From an uncultured Bacilli bacterium (GTDB taxonomy: Bacteria > Bacillota_I > Bacilli_A > RFN20 > CAG-826): 64,000 nucleotides of DNA. Under the pieces are notes generated by a model. It searched no databases. It saw only the letters and a list, made by a program, of their open reading frames with translations, and was not told the DNA's origin. Within the stretch, counting starts at the first letter, position 1, and every line of letters begins with the position of its first letter. Shown here piece by piece: positions 30,460 to 41,305 of the stretch. Location: positions 5,617 through 69,616 of the forward strand of contig CALVOX010000007.1 of assembly GCA_944350425.1 (NCBI GenBank). Direction: 5' to 3'. Position numbers and translations under genes: made by a program.

Positions 30460-30858
30460 ATGCATCAAGATCCAATAGCAGATATGCTCACAAGAATTAG
30501 AAATGCTAATGCTTTACATCATGAAAGTGTAAAGATGCCTTCTAGTAAATTAAAGGCAGGCATTGCTAAGATTCTTTTAAAGGAAGGATTCATTACTTCT
30601 TTTGAAGAAAAGAAATTAGATAACAATAAAAAAGAATTAGAAATCGTTCTTAAATATGGTCCTAATGGTGAAAAAGTTATCTCTGGCTTAAGAAAAATCT
30701 CCAAACCAGGTTTAAGAATTAACTGCGATAGCAAACATATTCCTTACGTTTTAAAAGGTTTAGGTATTGCTATTATCTCAACTAGTAAAGGACTTCTTAC
30801 CGATAAAGAAGCTAGAGAATTAAATGTCGGTGGCGAAGTTATCTGCTACGTCTATTAA
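30460..30858 (+). CDS. rpsH: 30S ribosomal protein S8
   Basis: [13 protein letters not shown]. Confidence 0.97.
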   Translation: MHQDPIADMLTRIRNANALHHESVKMPSSKLKAGIAKILLKEGFITSFEEKKLDNNKKELEIVLKYGPNGEKVISGLRKISKPGLRINCDSKHIPYVLKGLGIAIISTSKGLLTDKEARELNVGGEVICYVY

Positions 30859-30872
30859 TAGGAGGATGATTT

Positions 30873-31433
30873 ATGTCAAGAATTGGTAAGAAATTAATTC
30901 CTATTGTAGAAGGAGTAAAAGTTGAAGTTAAAGAAGGCTTAGTTGATATTAAAGGTACAAAAGGCGAAGACACAATTAAATTTGATCCAAACTTAATTAC
31001 TGTCGAAGTCGAAAATGGCCACATTAAAGTCTCAAGATTAAATGAAGAAAAACATACAAAACAACTTCATGGTACAATCAGAGCATTAATTAATAACGCT
31101 GTAGTTGGTGTTAGCCAAGGATATTCAAAAATTCTTGAAATCATTGGTATTGGTTACCATGCTGATATGGCTGGAAAAGATGTCATCTTAACAGTTGGTT
31201 ATTCTCACCCAGTTAAAATTTCACCAGTTGAAGGTGTTACAATTAAAGTCTTAGAAAATAAATCTAAAGATATCAACTCTATTGTTGAAGTTAGCGGAAG
31301 TGATAAATTCAAAGTTGGTCAAGTCGCTGCTCAAATTAGAGAAGTTAGAAAACCAGAACCTTATAAAGGTAAAGGTATTAGATATAGAGGCGAATACATT
31401 CTTAGAAAAGAAGGTAAACGTGCTGGTAAGTAA
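30873..31433 (+). CDS. rplF: 50S ribosomal protein L6
   Basis: MSRIGKKLIPI. Confidence 0.95.
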   Translation: MSRIGKKLIPIVEGVKVEVKEGLVDIKGTKGEDTIKFDPNLITVEVENGHIKVSRLNEEKHTKQLHGTIRALINNAVVGVSQGYSKILEIIGIGYHADMAGKDVILTVGYSHPVKISPVEGVTIKVLENKSKDINSIVEVSGSDKFKVGQVAAQIREVRKPEPYKGKGIRYRGEYILRKEGKRAGK

Positions 31434-31449
31434 TTAGGAGGAGGTAAAT

Positions 31450-31806
31450 ATGATTAAAACTATTGATAGAAACGAAGTCAGAGTTAGAAAACATCATAGA
31501 GTTAGAGCTAAAATCTCTGGTACTCCTGATTGCCCACGTCTTTGTGTCTTTAGAAGTAACAAAAATATCGAATGCCAAGTAATCGATGACACTAAAGGTG
31601 TCACTCTCGCAGCTTCTTCTTCTGAAGCTATGAAACTTGCTCACGGCGGAAACGTTGATGCAGCAAAACAAGTTGGCCTTGATATTGCTAAAAAATGCTT
31701 AGAAAAGAATATTGAAAAAGTCGTCTTTGATCGTGGTGGATATGTCTATCACGGACGTGTCAAAGCTTTAGCTGAAGGCGCAAGAGAAGGCGGACTTAAA
31801 TTCTAA
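31450..31806 (+). CDS. rplR: 50S ribosomal protein L18
   Basis: Operon position. Confidence 0.95.
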   Translation: MIKTIDRNEVRVRKHHRVRAKISGTPDCPRLCVFRSNKNIECQVIDDTKGVTLAASSSEAMKLAHGGNVDAAKQVGLDIAKKCLEKNIEKVVFDRGGYVYHGRVKALAEGAREGGLKF

Positions 31807-31824
31807 TTGGTTAGGGAGAAGTTT

Positions 31825-32475
31825 ATGGAAGAAAACAAAGTTACTGAAACAAGTGTAGAAGAAAATAAAGTCGCTTCTAACCAAGAAGAAGGCGCTAAAG
31901 CTGAAGGAAAGAAGAACTTCAGAGGTCAAAAAAATTCTTCCCAAAGAAGCGGAAGAAAATTTGATAAAAACAAGAAGGAAAGAAGAGAACCTGTCGTCAA
32001 AGAATTTGAAGAAAGAGTTGTCGCAATTAATAGAGTTTCTAAAACTGTTAAAGGTGGTAGAAGAATGAAATTCTCCGCTCTTGTAGTTATCGGAAATAAA
32101 AAAGGTAAATTCGGCTTCTCAACAGGTAAAAGTGGCGAAGTCCCAGACGCAATTAAGAAGGCAGTTGATAAAGCTAAAAGAAATACATATGTAATTCATT
32201 TAACAAAAGCTGGTTCCTTAACACATGAAGTCGTCGGCGAATTCGGAGCTACAAAAGTCTTCTTAAAGCCAGCTCCAGAAGGTACTGGAATCATTGCTGG
32301 TGGTACTGTTAGAGCTATCTTAGAATTAAGCGGTGTTAGAAACGTTTACTCCAAAGTTTATGGATCAAGAACACCAATTAATGCTGTTAGAGCAACTATT
32401 AACGCACTTAATAGTTTAAAATCTTATAAGGGCGTACTTGAACTTAGAAAAGGAGGAGACTCAGATGTTAAATAA
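31825..32475 (+). CDS. rpsE: 30S ribosomal protein S5 (~50-aa K/E-rich N-terminal extension)
   Basis: The ATG at 31825 carries the RBS GGGAG. Core motif GRRMKFSALVVIGN. Confidence 0.95.
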   Translation: MEENKVTETSVEENKVASNQEEGAKAEGKKNFRGQKNSSQRSGRKFDKNKKERREPVVKEFEERVVAINRVSKTVKGGRRMKFSALVVIGNKKGKFGFSTGKSGEVPDAIKKAVDKAKRNTYVIHLTKAGSLTHEVVGEFGATKVFLKPAPEGTGIIAGGTVRAILELSGVRNVYSKVYGSRTPINAVRATINALNSLKSYKGVLELRKGGDSDVK

Positions 32476-32902
32476 CTTAAAACCAACTGAGGGTAGTAGA
32501 AAAAAATCCTTTAAAAGATGTAGAGGCGCTGGTTCTGGATTAGGTAAAAATGGCGGTTCTGGTAACAAAGGCCAAGGCTCAAGAGCTGGTGGCGGTGTTA
32601 GATTAGGATTTGAAGGTGGTCAATTACCTTACTTCAGAAGATTCCAAAAAAGAGGATTCAAACATCACGCACATGTTGAATATGCAGTTATTAACCTTTC
32701 AACATTAAATAACTTTAACGAAGGCGAAGAAGTTACAATGACTTCTTTAATCGAAAAAGGCTTAATTAAAAAAGAATGTGACGGCTTAAAAGTCCTCGGT
32801 AGTGGCGAACTTAAAGTCAAACTTACTGTCAAAGCTAACAAATTCTCAAAGACTGCTTTAGAAGCAATTGAGAAAGTTGGTGGAAAGGCTGAAAATATTT
32901 AG
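32465..32902 (+). CDS. rplO: 50S ribosomal protein L15; there is no L30 gene between S5 and L15
   Basis: MLNNLKPTEGSRKK with RBS GGAGGA. S5 and L15 overlap, so rpmD is not encoded here. Confidence 0.95.
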   Translation: MLNNLKPTEGSRKKSFKRCRGAGSGLGKNGGSGNKGQGSRAGGGVRLGFEGGQLPYFRRFQKRGFKHHAHVEYAVINLSTLNNFNEGEEVTMTSLIEKGLIKKECDGLKVLGSGELKVKLTVKANKFSKTALEAIEKVGGKAENI

Positions 32903-32954
32903 TATTGAAATTTTCTTAAACTATCTATATATTTATTAAAGTAAAGAAATTTAC

Positions 32955-33006
32955 ATCTTTGAGTATGGCTTAACTTGCCATCTCAAAGATTAATAAATAT
33001 TTTTAC
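32955..33006 (+). terminator. intra-operon interrupted 14-bp hairpin plus T-run between rplO and secY (possible attenuator or processing site)
   Basis: ATCTTTGAG-T-ATGGC…GCCAT-CTCAAAGAT, followed by TTTTT. Confidence 0.4.
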
Positions 33007-33058
33007 AGTTTAGGAGATTTATTACTAAATATTGATTTTTTAATATAAAGACATAAAT

Positions 33059-34402
33059 ATGAAGAAATTCATTGACATATTTAAAAACAAAGAAGTTGTT
33101 AATCGCATATTCTTTACGATTATGATATTGTTCGTCTTTAGAATAGGATGTGCAATTACTGTTCCTGGAGTCGATGCTAGTGCTTTACAAGATAATATTA
33201 TGGGTAGCAACAACATGCTTTCCTTAATGAATCTTTTGGGTGGTGGTGCGCTTCAGAATTTTTCTGTCTTTGCTCTAGGTGTTTCACCTTATATCACTGC
33301 GCAAATCATTATTCAACTTCTTTCCATGGATGTTTTACCGGCTTTAACTGAACTAAATAGGCAAGGACAATATGGTAGAAAGAAAATTGAAATGGCTACC
33401 AGATATCTTTCTTTACTTATTTGTGCGGTTCAAGCTTATGGTATTATTCAAACTGCTCTAAATACTGAATGGATTACATTCACAATGGAGCAAAATGCTT
33501 TAACTTATATCTATATTATTACCGTTATGATGGCTGGATCAACACTCGTTATCTGGCTTGGTGACCAAATCACCTCCAAAGGTATCGGTAATGGTATATC
33601 AATGATTATCTTTGCTGGTATTGTTGCTTCCTTACCTGCTCAAATTGGTACAGCCTTTGAAACTTGGGTTGTTGCTAACTGGAATTTAGGAAGTTCACAA
33701 ACTACCGAAGGTGTATTTAGATTTATTCTTTATGTTGCTTCTTATATCGCAATTATTGCATTCGTTGTATTTATTGAACTTTCAAGAAGAAAGATACCTG
33801 TACAACATGCAACCAGATCTCAAGGCAGCGAAAAATTAACAAAAGCTTCATTCCTTCCTATTAAAATTAATAGTGCAGGTGTTATTCCAGTTATTTTCGC
33901 TTCATCAATCTTAATGGCTCCATCAATCATTGCATCATTTATATCAACGGATGCTCTAGAAGCAGAATGGTTAAATGTATTTAACTACAATGCTATGGTT
34001 GATACTGGAGGAGTAATGATTCCTTGGGGTTTAATTATTTATTTAGTATTTGTTTTTGCATTTACATTCTTCTATGCAAACTTACAAATCAATCCAGAAA
34101 ACTTAGCAAACAATTTCCAAAAAAATGGTTCATATATACCTGGAATTAGACCAGGAATCGAAACTGAACGCTATGTAAGAAAAGTTTTAAATCGTATTAC
34201 TTTAATTGGTGCAACATCACTCTGCTTTATCGCAGCGGTTCCTGTTGTTCTTACATTAAGTGGCGTATTTGGAAGTAATACATCTCTTGCTTTTGGTGGT
34301 ACAGGACTTATTATCGTTGTTGGTGTTGCTCTTGAACTTAATAACCAAATCGATGGTCTTATCGCTGGTAAGAGTTATGATGAAGTTATCGGAGGAATGT
34401 AA
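33059..34402 (+). CDS. secY: preprotein translocase SecY
   Basis: 10-TM profile with the LGV/ITAQI region. Confidence 0.95.
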   Translation: MKKFIDIFKNKEVVNRIFFTIMILFVFRIGCAITVPGVDASALQDNIMGSNNMLSLMNLLGGGALQNFSVFALGVSPYITAQIIIQLLSMDVLPALTELNRQGQYGRKKIEMATRYLSLLICAVQAYGIIQTALNTEWITFTMEQNALTYIYIITVMMAGSTLVIWLGDQITSKGIGNGISMIIFAGIVASLPAQIGTAFETWVVANWNLGSSQTTEGVFRFILYVASYIAIIAFVVFIELSRRKIPVQHATRSQGSEKLTKASFLPIKINSAGVIPVIFASSILMAPSIIASFISTDALEAEWLNVFNYNAMVDTGGVMIPWGLIIYLVFVFAFTFFYANLQINPENLANNFQKNGSYIPGIRPGIETERYVRKVLNRITLIGATSLCFIAAVPVVLTLSGVFGSNTSLAFGGTGLIIVVGVALELNNQIDGLIAGKSYDEVIGGM

Positions 34403-34404
34403 AA

Positions 34405-35052
34405 ATGTTAAAAACAATCATCTTACTTGGCGCTCCTGGCGCTGGAAAAGGCACTAACGCTAAAAAAATTACAAGTGAGTATCATCTCCCACATATTTCA
34501 ACTGGAGATATGTTTAGAGAAGCACTTAGAGATGAAACTGAATTAGGAAAACTTGCTAAATCTTATATGGATAAAGGCTTGCTTGTTCCTGATGAAGTTA
34601 CAATATCTTTAGTTAAAGAAAGACTTTCTAAAGATGATTGTAAGGACGGCTTCCTCCTCGATGGATTCCCAAGAAACCTTAAACAAGCAGAAGCTTTAGA
34701 GGAAATCGGGAAAGAAATTAACCGTCCAATTAATTATGTTATCGACATCAATGTACCAGAAGAAATCTTAAAAGATCGTATTACTGGTAGAAGAGTATGT
34801 AAAAAATGCGGTGCCCCATACCATATCAAAACTTTAAAACCAAAAGTTGAAGGAGTTTGTGATATTTGTGGAGGAGAACTCATTCAAAGAAAGGATGATA
34901 ACGAAGAAGCACTTAAGGTTAGACTTGATGAATATCATCATCAAACCGAACCATTAATTAATTATTATTCTAAAAAAGGAATTTTGCATACTGTTGATGG
35001 TAGTAAAGATTTAAAAGAAGTAATGGCCGATATTGACGCTATACTTGATTAA
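34405..35052 (+). CDS. adk: adenylate kinase (Zn lid)
   Basis: GAPGAGKGT and CKKCGAPYH…CDICGGEL. Confidence 0.97.
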   Translation: MLKTIILLGAPGAGKGTNAKKITSEYHLPHISTGDMFREALRDETELGKLAKSYMDKGLLVPDEVTISLVKERLSKDDCKDGFLLDGFPRNLKQAEALEEIGKEINRPINYVIDINVPEEILKDRITGRRVCKKCGAPYHIKTLKPKVEGVCDICGGELIQRKDDNEEALKVRLDEYHHQTEPLINYYSKKGILHTVDGSKDLKEVMADIDAILD

Positions 35053-35053
35053 T

Positions 35054-35821
35054 ATGGCAATTATTATTAAATCTGAACGAGAAATCAATCTCATGAAAGA
35101 AGCTGGAAAAGTGATGATTGATTTATTCGATGAATTAAAAAAATATACTAAACCAGGAATATCCACAGCTGAGCTAGATAAAATTGCAGCAAGATTTATT
35201 AAATCAAATGGTGCGATTCCAGCTTGTAAAGGATATGAAGGTTTCCCGGGCAATATATGTATAAGCGTAAATGATACGCTTATACATGGTATTCCTTCAA
35301 AAAAGATTATTCTTAAGGAAGGTGATATTGTCTCTTATGATGTAGTCATTTTAAAAAATGGCTATAATGTGGATGCTTGTAGAACTTTTCCAGTAGGTGA
35401 AATTAGTGAAAACGCTAAAAAACTAATTGAAACAGCTAAATCTTGCTTCTTCAATGCTGTAAAAATTGTTAAACCTGGCGCTCATATTGGAGATATTTCT
35501 TCTATTATTGAAGAAACTGCTCATAGCGCAGGTTATACATTGACCGAAGATTATACAGGTCATGGTATTGGAAAAGATATGCATGAAGATCCATACGTTC
35601 CAAATGTTGGCAATAAAGGTAGTGGTCCAAAACTTCAAAAAGGAATGACTATTTGTATTGAACCAATGCTTAATGAAGGAAAAGTTGATCTTGATGTTAT
35701 GGAAGATGGTTGGACTGTTAAAACAAGAGACCATAAACTTAGTGTCCACTATGAAAACACGGTTGTTGTAACAGAAACAGGCTATCAAATTATAACTTTA
35801 AAAGAAGGAGAAGAAATTTAA
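35054..35821 (+). CDS. map: methionine aminopeptidase type I
   Basis: [21 protein letters not shown] at 35054. Confidence 0.95.
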   Translation: MAIIIKSEREINLMKEAGKVMIDLFDELKKYTKPGISTAELDKIAARFIKSNGAIPACKGYEGFPGNICISVNDTLIHGIPSKKIILKEGDIVSYDVVILKNGYNVDACRTFPVGEISENAKKLIETAKSCFFNAVKIVKPGAHIGDISSIIEETAHSAGYTLTEDYTGHGIGKDMHEDPYVPNVGNKGSGPKLQKGMTICIEPMLNEGKVDLDVMEDGWTVKTRDHKLSVHYENTVVVTETGYQIITLKEGEEI

Positions 35822-36039
35822 TGGCAAAACAAGATGTTATAACCGTTGAGGCGATAGTTGTAGAAGCTTTACCAAATGCTAACTTTAAGGTAAAACTCGA
35901 AAACGATGTAGTAATTCATGCCACTGTTTCTGGTAAAATCCGTATGCATTACATTCGCATTTTACCAGGTGATAAAGTTACCGTTGAACTCTCGCCCTAT
36001 GATTTAAACAATGGCAGAATAGTCTTTAGACATAAATAG
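35821..36039 (+). CDS. infA: translation initiation factor IF-1
   Basis: [24 protein letters not shown]. Confidence 0.97.
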   Translation: MAKQDVITVEAIVVEALPNANFKVKLENDVVIHATVSGKIRMHYIRILPGDKVTVELSPYDLNNGRIVFRHK

Positions 36040-36109
36040 GCTATTTCAACAAGTTTATCTATTTACTGAAAATAGATTGTTAGCACACATTTTTAATGGA
36101 GGAAACATT

Positions 36110-36223
36110 ATGAAAGTAAGAGCCTCAGTAAAACCAATTTGCGATAAATGTAGGGTTATTAAGAGACATGGCAAAGTCATGATTATCTGTTCAAATCCTA
36201 AACATAAGCAAAGACAAGGCTAA
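36110..36223 (+). CDS. rpmJ: 50S ribosomal protein L36 (37 aa, not in the ORF track)
   Basis: Hand translation gives [45 protein letters not shown]. Confidence 0.9.
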   Translation: MKVRASVKPICDKCRVIKRHGKVMIICSNPKHKQRQG

Positions 36224-36281
36224 TTTGTTTAAGTTTTAAACTTACAAATTAAAATTAATTTCGGAGGAAAAAAAGAAAATT

Positions 36282-36656
36282 ATGGCACGTATCGTCGGTG
36301 TTGATATTCCAAATGATAAGAGTATTTTAATTTCTCTTACATATATTTATGGAATCGGACTTGCTACTTCAAAAAAAATCTTAGCTGATGCTAAGGTTGA
36401 CCCTACAATTAGAGTAAAAGACCTTTCTAATGAAGATTTATCTAAAATTAGAAGTGAACTTTCCCACTACAAAGTTGAAGGTGATTTAAGAAGAGAAGTT
36501 CTTCTTAACATTAAAAGATTACAAGAAATCGGATGTTATAGAGGAATTAGACATAGAAGAGGTCTTCCAGTAAGAGGACAAAGAACTAAAACAAATGCTA
36601 GAACTAGAAAAGGACCAGCAAAAACAATCGCTAATAAAAAGGAAGCGGTTAAATAG
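36282..36656 (+). CDS. rpsM: 30S ribosomal protein S13
   Basis: [10 protein letters not shown]. Confidence 0.97.
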   Translation: MARIVGVDIPNDKSILISLTYIYGIGLATSKKILADAKVDPTIRVKDLSNEDLSKIRSELSHYKVEGDLRREVLLNIKRLQEIGCYRGIRHRRGLPVRGQRTKTNARTRKGPAKTIANKKEAVK

Positions 36657-36676
36657 TTAATGGAGGTAGATAGAAC

Positions 36677-37066
36677 ATGGCAAAGAAACAAACTACCCGT
36701 AAGAAAAGAATTAAGAGAACTTATAGTAAGGGTGTAGCTCATATTCACTCAACATTTAACAATACCATTGTTACAATCACTGATGAACAAGGTAATGCAA
36801 TTGCTTGGTCATCTAGTGGTGTCTTAGGCTTTAAGGGCGCAAAAAAATCAACTCCTTTTGCTGCTCAATCCGCTGCAGAAGCTGCTGGTAAAGCTGCTGT
36901 CGATCAAGGCATTAAAAGTGTTGATGTTGATGTCAAAGGACCTGGTGCAGGTAGAGAAAGTGCAATTAGAGCTTTAGCATTAGCTGGCTTAACAATTACA
37001 TCTATTGTTGATACCACTCCAATTCCACACAATGGTTGCCGTCCACCAAAAAGAAGACGTGGTTAA
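36677..37066 (+). CDS. rpsK: 30S ribosomal protein S11
   Basis: Operon position and sequence. Confidence 0.97.
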   Translation: MAKKQTTRKKRIKRTYSKGVAHIHSTFNNTIVTITDEQGNAIAWSSSGVLGFKGAKKSTPFAAQSAAEAAGKAAVDQGIKSVDVDVKGPGAGRESAIRALALAGLTITSIVDTTPIPHNGCRPPKRRRG

Positions 37067-37158
37067 TTACTTTATCTTAAATTTATAAAAGCAAAAGACA
37101 TAATGATAATTAGACAATTAACCGAAAGTAATACTATTTATTTCAGGGGGTTAAACTA

Positions 37159-38187
37159 ATGAGTGAAGAAAAAGAAGTAGTAACACTTAGCAATAAGAAT
37201 GAAATAGAAACTGAGCAAGATTTTGATTTAAAATTAGCTCACCCATTTGAAGAGAGCAAATTTACAATTACTTTCGAAAACGAACAAGAGCATTACGCAA
37301 AAATTGTTTGTGAACCTTTAGAAAGAGGTTTTGGCTTAACACTTGGTAATGCTATGAGAAGAGTATTATTATCAACTCTTCCAGGAACTAGTGTTTACGC
37401 TATTCAAGTAGAAGGTGCAGTTCATGAATTTACTGCTTTAGATGGTATTAACGAAGATTTGACTCAAATCATTCTTAACTTAAAGAACTTAGTATTAGAA
37501 TCAGATACTTATAGTGATCAAAGTTATGAAACTAGCCTTAGCATAAGCGGCCCTCGTAAATTATTAGCTAAAGATATTCCAATGCCAACAGGCATCAAAG
37601 TCGTTAACGGTGATTTAGAAATTTGTAACATCGCTGAAGGCGGTAAACTTGATATGACTTTGTATATGAGAAATGGAAGAGGCTTTGCAACTTCAGAAGA
37701 AAACAAACAATATGTTACTTCTAGAGGTGTCATTGCAACAGACTCTAACTATTCTCCAATTACAAGAGTAAACTACAAAGTTGAAGCAACCCGTGTTGGA
37801 CATGATTCACGTTTTGATAAATTAACACTTGAAGTTTGGACTAATGGTTCAATCACTCCTGTTGATGCTATATCTTTAGCAAGCAAAATCCTTGTTTCGC
37901 ACTTCCTTAATTTCCAACATTTAACAAATAAATTTGATAATGTTGATTTAATTAAAGACTTAGAAGAAAAGAAAGAAGAACCATTCGAAAATCAATCAAT
38001 TGAAGACTTAGATCTTACAGTTAGAAGTTATAACTGCTTAAAGAGAGCTAATATTCAAACAGTTCTTGATTTAACTCAAAAAACAGAACTTGAAATGATG
38101 AAGGTAAGAAATTTAGGAAAGAAATCTTTAAAAGAAGTTAAAGATAAACTCGCTGAAAGAGGACTTCATTTTAAAGATGCTAAATAA
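37159..38187 (+). CDS. rpoA: DNA-directed RNA polymerase subunit alpha
   Basis: CEPLERGFGLTLGNAMRRVLLS. Confidence 0.97.
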   Translation: MSEEKEVVTLSNKNEIETEQDFDLKLAHPFEESKFTITFENEQEHYAKIVCEPLERGFGLTLGNAMRRVLLSTLPGTSVYAIQVEGAVHEFTALDGINEDLTQIILNLKNLVLESDTYSDQSYETSLSISGPRKLLAKDIPMPTGIKVVNGDLEICNIAEGGKLDMTLYMRNGRGFATSEENKQYVTSRGVIATDSNYSPITRVNYKVEATRVGHDSRFDKLTLEVWTNGSITPVDAISLASKILVSHFLNFQHLTNKFDNVDLIKDLEEKKEEPFENQSIEDLDLTVRSYNCLKRANIQTVLDLTQKTELEMMKVRNLGKKSLKEVKDKLAERGLHFKDAK

Positions 38188-38214
38188 GAGAAATTGATAA
38201 GTTAGGAGATTATT

Positions 38215-38610
38215 ATGCAAATCGGAAGAAAGAATGTACATGGTAAGGGCGGTGTTAGATTTAAAACCCCTTACACATCCTCTAAACATAAAGCACAAGT
38301 TAGAAACTTATGTACCGAACTTATCTTAAATGGTAAGATCGTTGTTACAACTGGTATGGTTAAAGACGTTATTAAACAATTTGACCACCTTGTAACTTTA
38401 GCAAAAAGAGGCGATCTTCATTCAAGAAGACTCGCAGCTGCTGTTGTAAAGAAATATAACGTTGAAGGTAAAGGCGACGCTTTAGAAATCTTATTTACTG
38501 ACTTAAGCAAGAGATTCGCTAATAGAAATGGTGGATACTTAAAAGTCTTTAAGTTAGATAATAGAAAAGGCGATAACGCTCCTGTTAGATTACTTACATT
38601 AGCTGATTAA
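38215..38610 (+). CDS. rplQ: 50S ribosomal protein L17
   Basis: Operon position. Confidence 0.95.
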   Translation: MQIGRKNVHGKGGVRFKTPYTSSKHKAQVRNLCTELILNGKIVVTTGMVKDVIKQFDHLVTLAKRGDLHSRRLAAAVVKKYNVEGKGDALEILFTDLSKRFANRNGGYLKVFKLDNRKGDNAPVRLLTLAD

Positions 38611-38626
38611 TTTTGCAAATAAATTT

Positions 38627-38662
38627 GACTCTAGATAGGAACTTTCCTATCTAGAGTTTAAA
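38627..38662 (+). terminator. operon-end hairpin (GACTCTAGATAGGA-ACTT-TCCTATCTAGAGT)
   Basis: 13-bp stem read directly. The T-tail is weak. Confidence 0.5.
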
Positions 38663-38717
38663 AAAAGTAACTTAATTTTTCTAAAAACTAATGTATAATA
38701 TTATTAGAGGTAAGGAA

Positions 38718-38882
38718 ATGAAGAAGTTAGGTAAAAAAATTATAGTTTGCGGTTTAATATTTTCGGGTTTTTTAGGTGCTATGACTTCTTGCCAACAACT
38801 AAAAATTGAAATTAATACCGGTGCTGATGCCGTCGAAACTTTAGAAACTTCTTCAGAAAGCGATACCTTAGTTAATATTTAG
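38718..38882 (+). CDS. small lipoprotein (54 aa; lipobox MTSC)
   Basis: MKKLGKKIIVCGLIFSGFLGAMTSC. Confidence 0.4.
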   Translation: MKKLGKKIIVCGLIFSGFLGAMTSCQQLKIEINTGADAVETLETSSESDTLVNI

Positions 38883-38968
38883 CAAAGAATAAAAGTTGAT
38901 TAAACTTAGTCCATGAGAATGGGCTTTTTATTTTGCCTAATTTATATATAATTAAAAGGGTGGAAATT

Positions 38969-39613
38969 ATGAAATCTAAATTTATTGTGTTTGATCTTGA
39001 TGGTACTTTAATAAATACTTTATACGGAATAAGAGAAGCATTAAACGAAACTTTAAAAGAACTTAACATCCCTTTTACTTATTCTTTAGATGAAACAAAA
39101 ACTTTTATCGGCAACGGTGCAAAAGTTTTATTTGCAAAAGCTTTAAAAAGAGACTTTACCGCAGAAGAGTTTAATTTATTTTTAAAAAATTATGAGAAAG
39201 ATCAATATATTTCTCCTTTTTTCCCAAATGTCATCGAGACTTTAAAAGAGTTAAAAAATAGAGGGTATAGATTGTTTTGTAATTCAAATAAACCAGATTC
39301 AATTCTACAAAAATTGATGGCAAATAAATTTGGAGAGTCTATTAATTTGTTTGATAATATTATTGGTGATTCAACTAAATTCAATCGTAAACCATCTCCG
39401 GACTATGTTAATTATATTGTTGAGAAATTTGATTTAACAAAAGATGGCTCTTATTATGTTGGTGACTCAGTAGTTGATCTTAATACTGCTGAAAATAGCT
39501 CTTTAAAATCAATCATAGTTTCTTATGGTTATGGAGATAATGAATTCAAAAATGATACATATATTACAAAAGTGATTGATAATTTTGAAATACTACTAGA
39601 TATTGCTAAATAA
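38969..39613 (+). CDS. HAD-superfamily hydrolase (subfamily IA-like)
   Basis: FIVFDLDGTLINT, YVGDS, and RBS AAAGGGTGG. Confidence 0.7.
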   Translation: MKSKFIVFDLDGTLINTLYGIREALNETLKELNIPFTYSLDETKTFIGNGAKVLFAKALKRDFTAEEFNLFLKNYEKDQYISPFFPNVIETLKELKNRGYRLFCNSNKPDSILQKLMANKFGESINLFDNIIGDSTKFNRKPSPDYVNYIVEKFDLTKDGSYYVGDSVVDLNTAENSSLKSIIVSYGYGDNEFKNDTYITKVIDNFEILLDIAK

Positions 39614-39615
39614 TT

Positions 39616-40137
39616 TTGAATTTTGTGTTAAAATTAATATTGGTAAATAAAATTATGAAATTAAAAGAAAGGCTACTTGCAAATAATGTGAAATACATCG
39701 ATTTGAAATTTAATGTTTTTGATGGTGCTAAGTGGAAAGAAGAAGTAATTAATGTTCCAGAAAAAGTTCCATTTATAAAAAATACGATGTTTGATGACAA
39801 TCAAAATGAATTAATTTTTGGTTTAAAACGTTATATTTTCAAAATTAAAACTTATATTGGTAGTCAAAACGAAGAAGAATTCTTTAAAAACGAAATGGCT
39901 TTTGATGCTTCGCTTTATTGCCTTATGACTTTATCCGAAATAGCATCTCAAATTTCAAAAGATGAGAAGATTTGTAGTTATTATCAAGGCATTGATTTTG
40001 AAGATATCGCTGGAATTTATAAGTCTGCAATTCATGGAGATATGTTTGATATGAATGCTATTGCAAGTTCTTTATTTGAAATTTTGCCATTTTTCTTATT
40101 ATTAATGTATCTAAGAGAGGGGGTAGTTGATTTTTAA
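39616..40137 (+). CDS. hypothetical protein (start may be the ATG at 39655)
   Basis: ORF track only. Confidence 0.35.
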   Translation: MNFVLKLILVNKIMKLKERLLANNVKYIDLKFNVFDGAKWKEEVINVPEKVPFIKNTMFDDNQNELIFGLKRYIFKIKTYIGSQNEEEFFKNEMAFDASLYCLMTLSEIASQISKDEKICSYYQGIDFEDIAGIYKSAIHGDMFDMNAIASSLFEILPFFLLLMYLREGVVDF

Positions 40138-40550
40138 TGATAACAATTTATACATCGCCATCATGTTCTTCTTGTAGAAAAGTTAAGAAGTATTTTGAAG
40201 ATAATCATATTCCATATAAAGAGAAAAATATATTATCAATTTCTTTAAAAGAAAATGAGCTCAAAGATCTTCTTGAAAAAAGCGAAAACGGCACTGAGGA
40301 TATTATATCTACTCGTTCTAAAATTATTAAAGAAGGGCATATTAACATCGACGATATGTCGATAAGTGAATTAATCGAATTTATTCGTAAGAATCCTAGC
40401 GTTTTAAAAAGACCAATCATGATTGATGATCATAATATGCAAGTTGGATATAGCGAAGAAGAAATTACCGCATTTCTTCCAAAAGCTAAAAGATATTTAA
40501 GCGAAAATCTCTGTAAAGACTGTGAAAATTGCGGCGATAAAAACGAATAA
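40137..40550 (+). CDS. spx: Spx/ArsC-family redox regulator with a Cys-rich C-terminal tail
   Basis: MITIYTSPSCSSCRKVKKYFEDNHIPY, i.e. the N-terminal CxxC motif. Confidence 0.8.
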   Translation: MITIYTSPSCSSCRKVKKYFEDNHIPYKEKNILSISLKENELKDLLEKSENGTEDIISTRSKIIKEGHINIDDMSISELIEFIRKNPSVLKRPIMIDDHNMQVGYSEEEITAFLPKAKRYLSENLCKDCENCGDKNE

Positions 40551-40555
40551 ATTAA

Positions 40556-40590
40556 AATAACCTGGAAGTTAATCCAGGTTATTTTTTTGA
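40556..40590. terminator. bidirectional terminator (AACCTGGA-AGTTAA-TCCAGGTT + T7)
   Basis: Read directly. Confidence 0.65.
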
Positions 40591-40599
40591 TTATCTAAA

Positions 40600-41187
40600 T
40601 TATTTAGTTTCAAGAGTTTCAAGAGCTCTAGTTTCTTTGCTCTTTAAATTATATTTATAGAAAGTATTGGTTGAAATACAAATTTCTTTAAGCATTTCTT
40701 TTGCTCTATTTAATGATGGACCAGCTACTTCTAATTCATAGTCAACTTGTGTATTGTAAGTATTCTTATCGATTGAGAATTCATAACCAGAATCGTTATA
40801 GTTAACTTCAACTCTGTGTGTTGTTAAAGTGGTAATAACTTTTAATGTTTTTGAATCAACACCTAACATTTTAATGAAATCATCAGTATAACATTCTGGG
40901 AATTTATTAGATTTAACGAAAGCATTAAATACTTCTTTAGAAAGGTTTTCATCTTTTTCGAGTAAGCCTTCAGCAAGAGGTGCTTTTAAAGTTAATGTAT
41001 AAATGCCATCTTTTTCTCTAATTCTTAAACCAATACCCATTTTCTTTAATGCTAAATTATCGCTATCAATATAATAATTTACTTGATTGTATTCATTAAT
41101 TACATGGTTTTTGTAGTAAGAAAGAACATGATGGTATTCTTTTTCAGTAATTAAGACTTTTGCTTCAATTTCAATATTTGTTGCCAT
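40600..41187 (-). CDS. CYTH-domain (triphosphate tunnel metalloenzyme, YjbK-like) protein
   Basis: N-terminal EIEAKVL, YELEVAG, and syntenic neighbours spx and ppnK. Confidence 0.6.
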   Translation of the reverse strand: MATNIEIEAKVLITEKEYHHVLSYYKNHVINEYNQVNYYIDSDNLALKKMGIGLRIREKDGIYTLTLKAPLAEGLLEKDENLSKEVFNAFVKSNKFPECYTDDFIKMLGVDSKTLKVITTLTTHRVEVNYNDSGYEFSIDKNTYNTQVDYELEVAGPSLNRAKEMLKEICISTNTFYKYNLKSKETRALETLETK

Positions 41188-41305
41188 ATTTTAATTTTCC
41201 TTTACCTCAAATGCTCTTTATCATTTACCAAATAAAAGTTGATAGATAATAAAGTAAAAATCTATTAATTATGATACAATAATTTAGTAAGAATTTAAAC
41301 AAGAT

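Noticed and set aside
33000-33058. Alternative upstream start for secY nearer the GGAG at ~33012
   Set aside because: An in-frame stop lies between the GGAG and the ATG at 33059. Accepted 33059 despite the weak RBS.
39616-40137. Attempted assignment of this ORF as MecA or glutamine-synthetase N-domain-like, because spx follows it
   Set aside because: Only vague local resemblance and no diagnostic motifs. Left as hypothetical.
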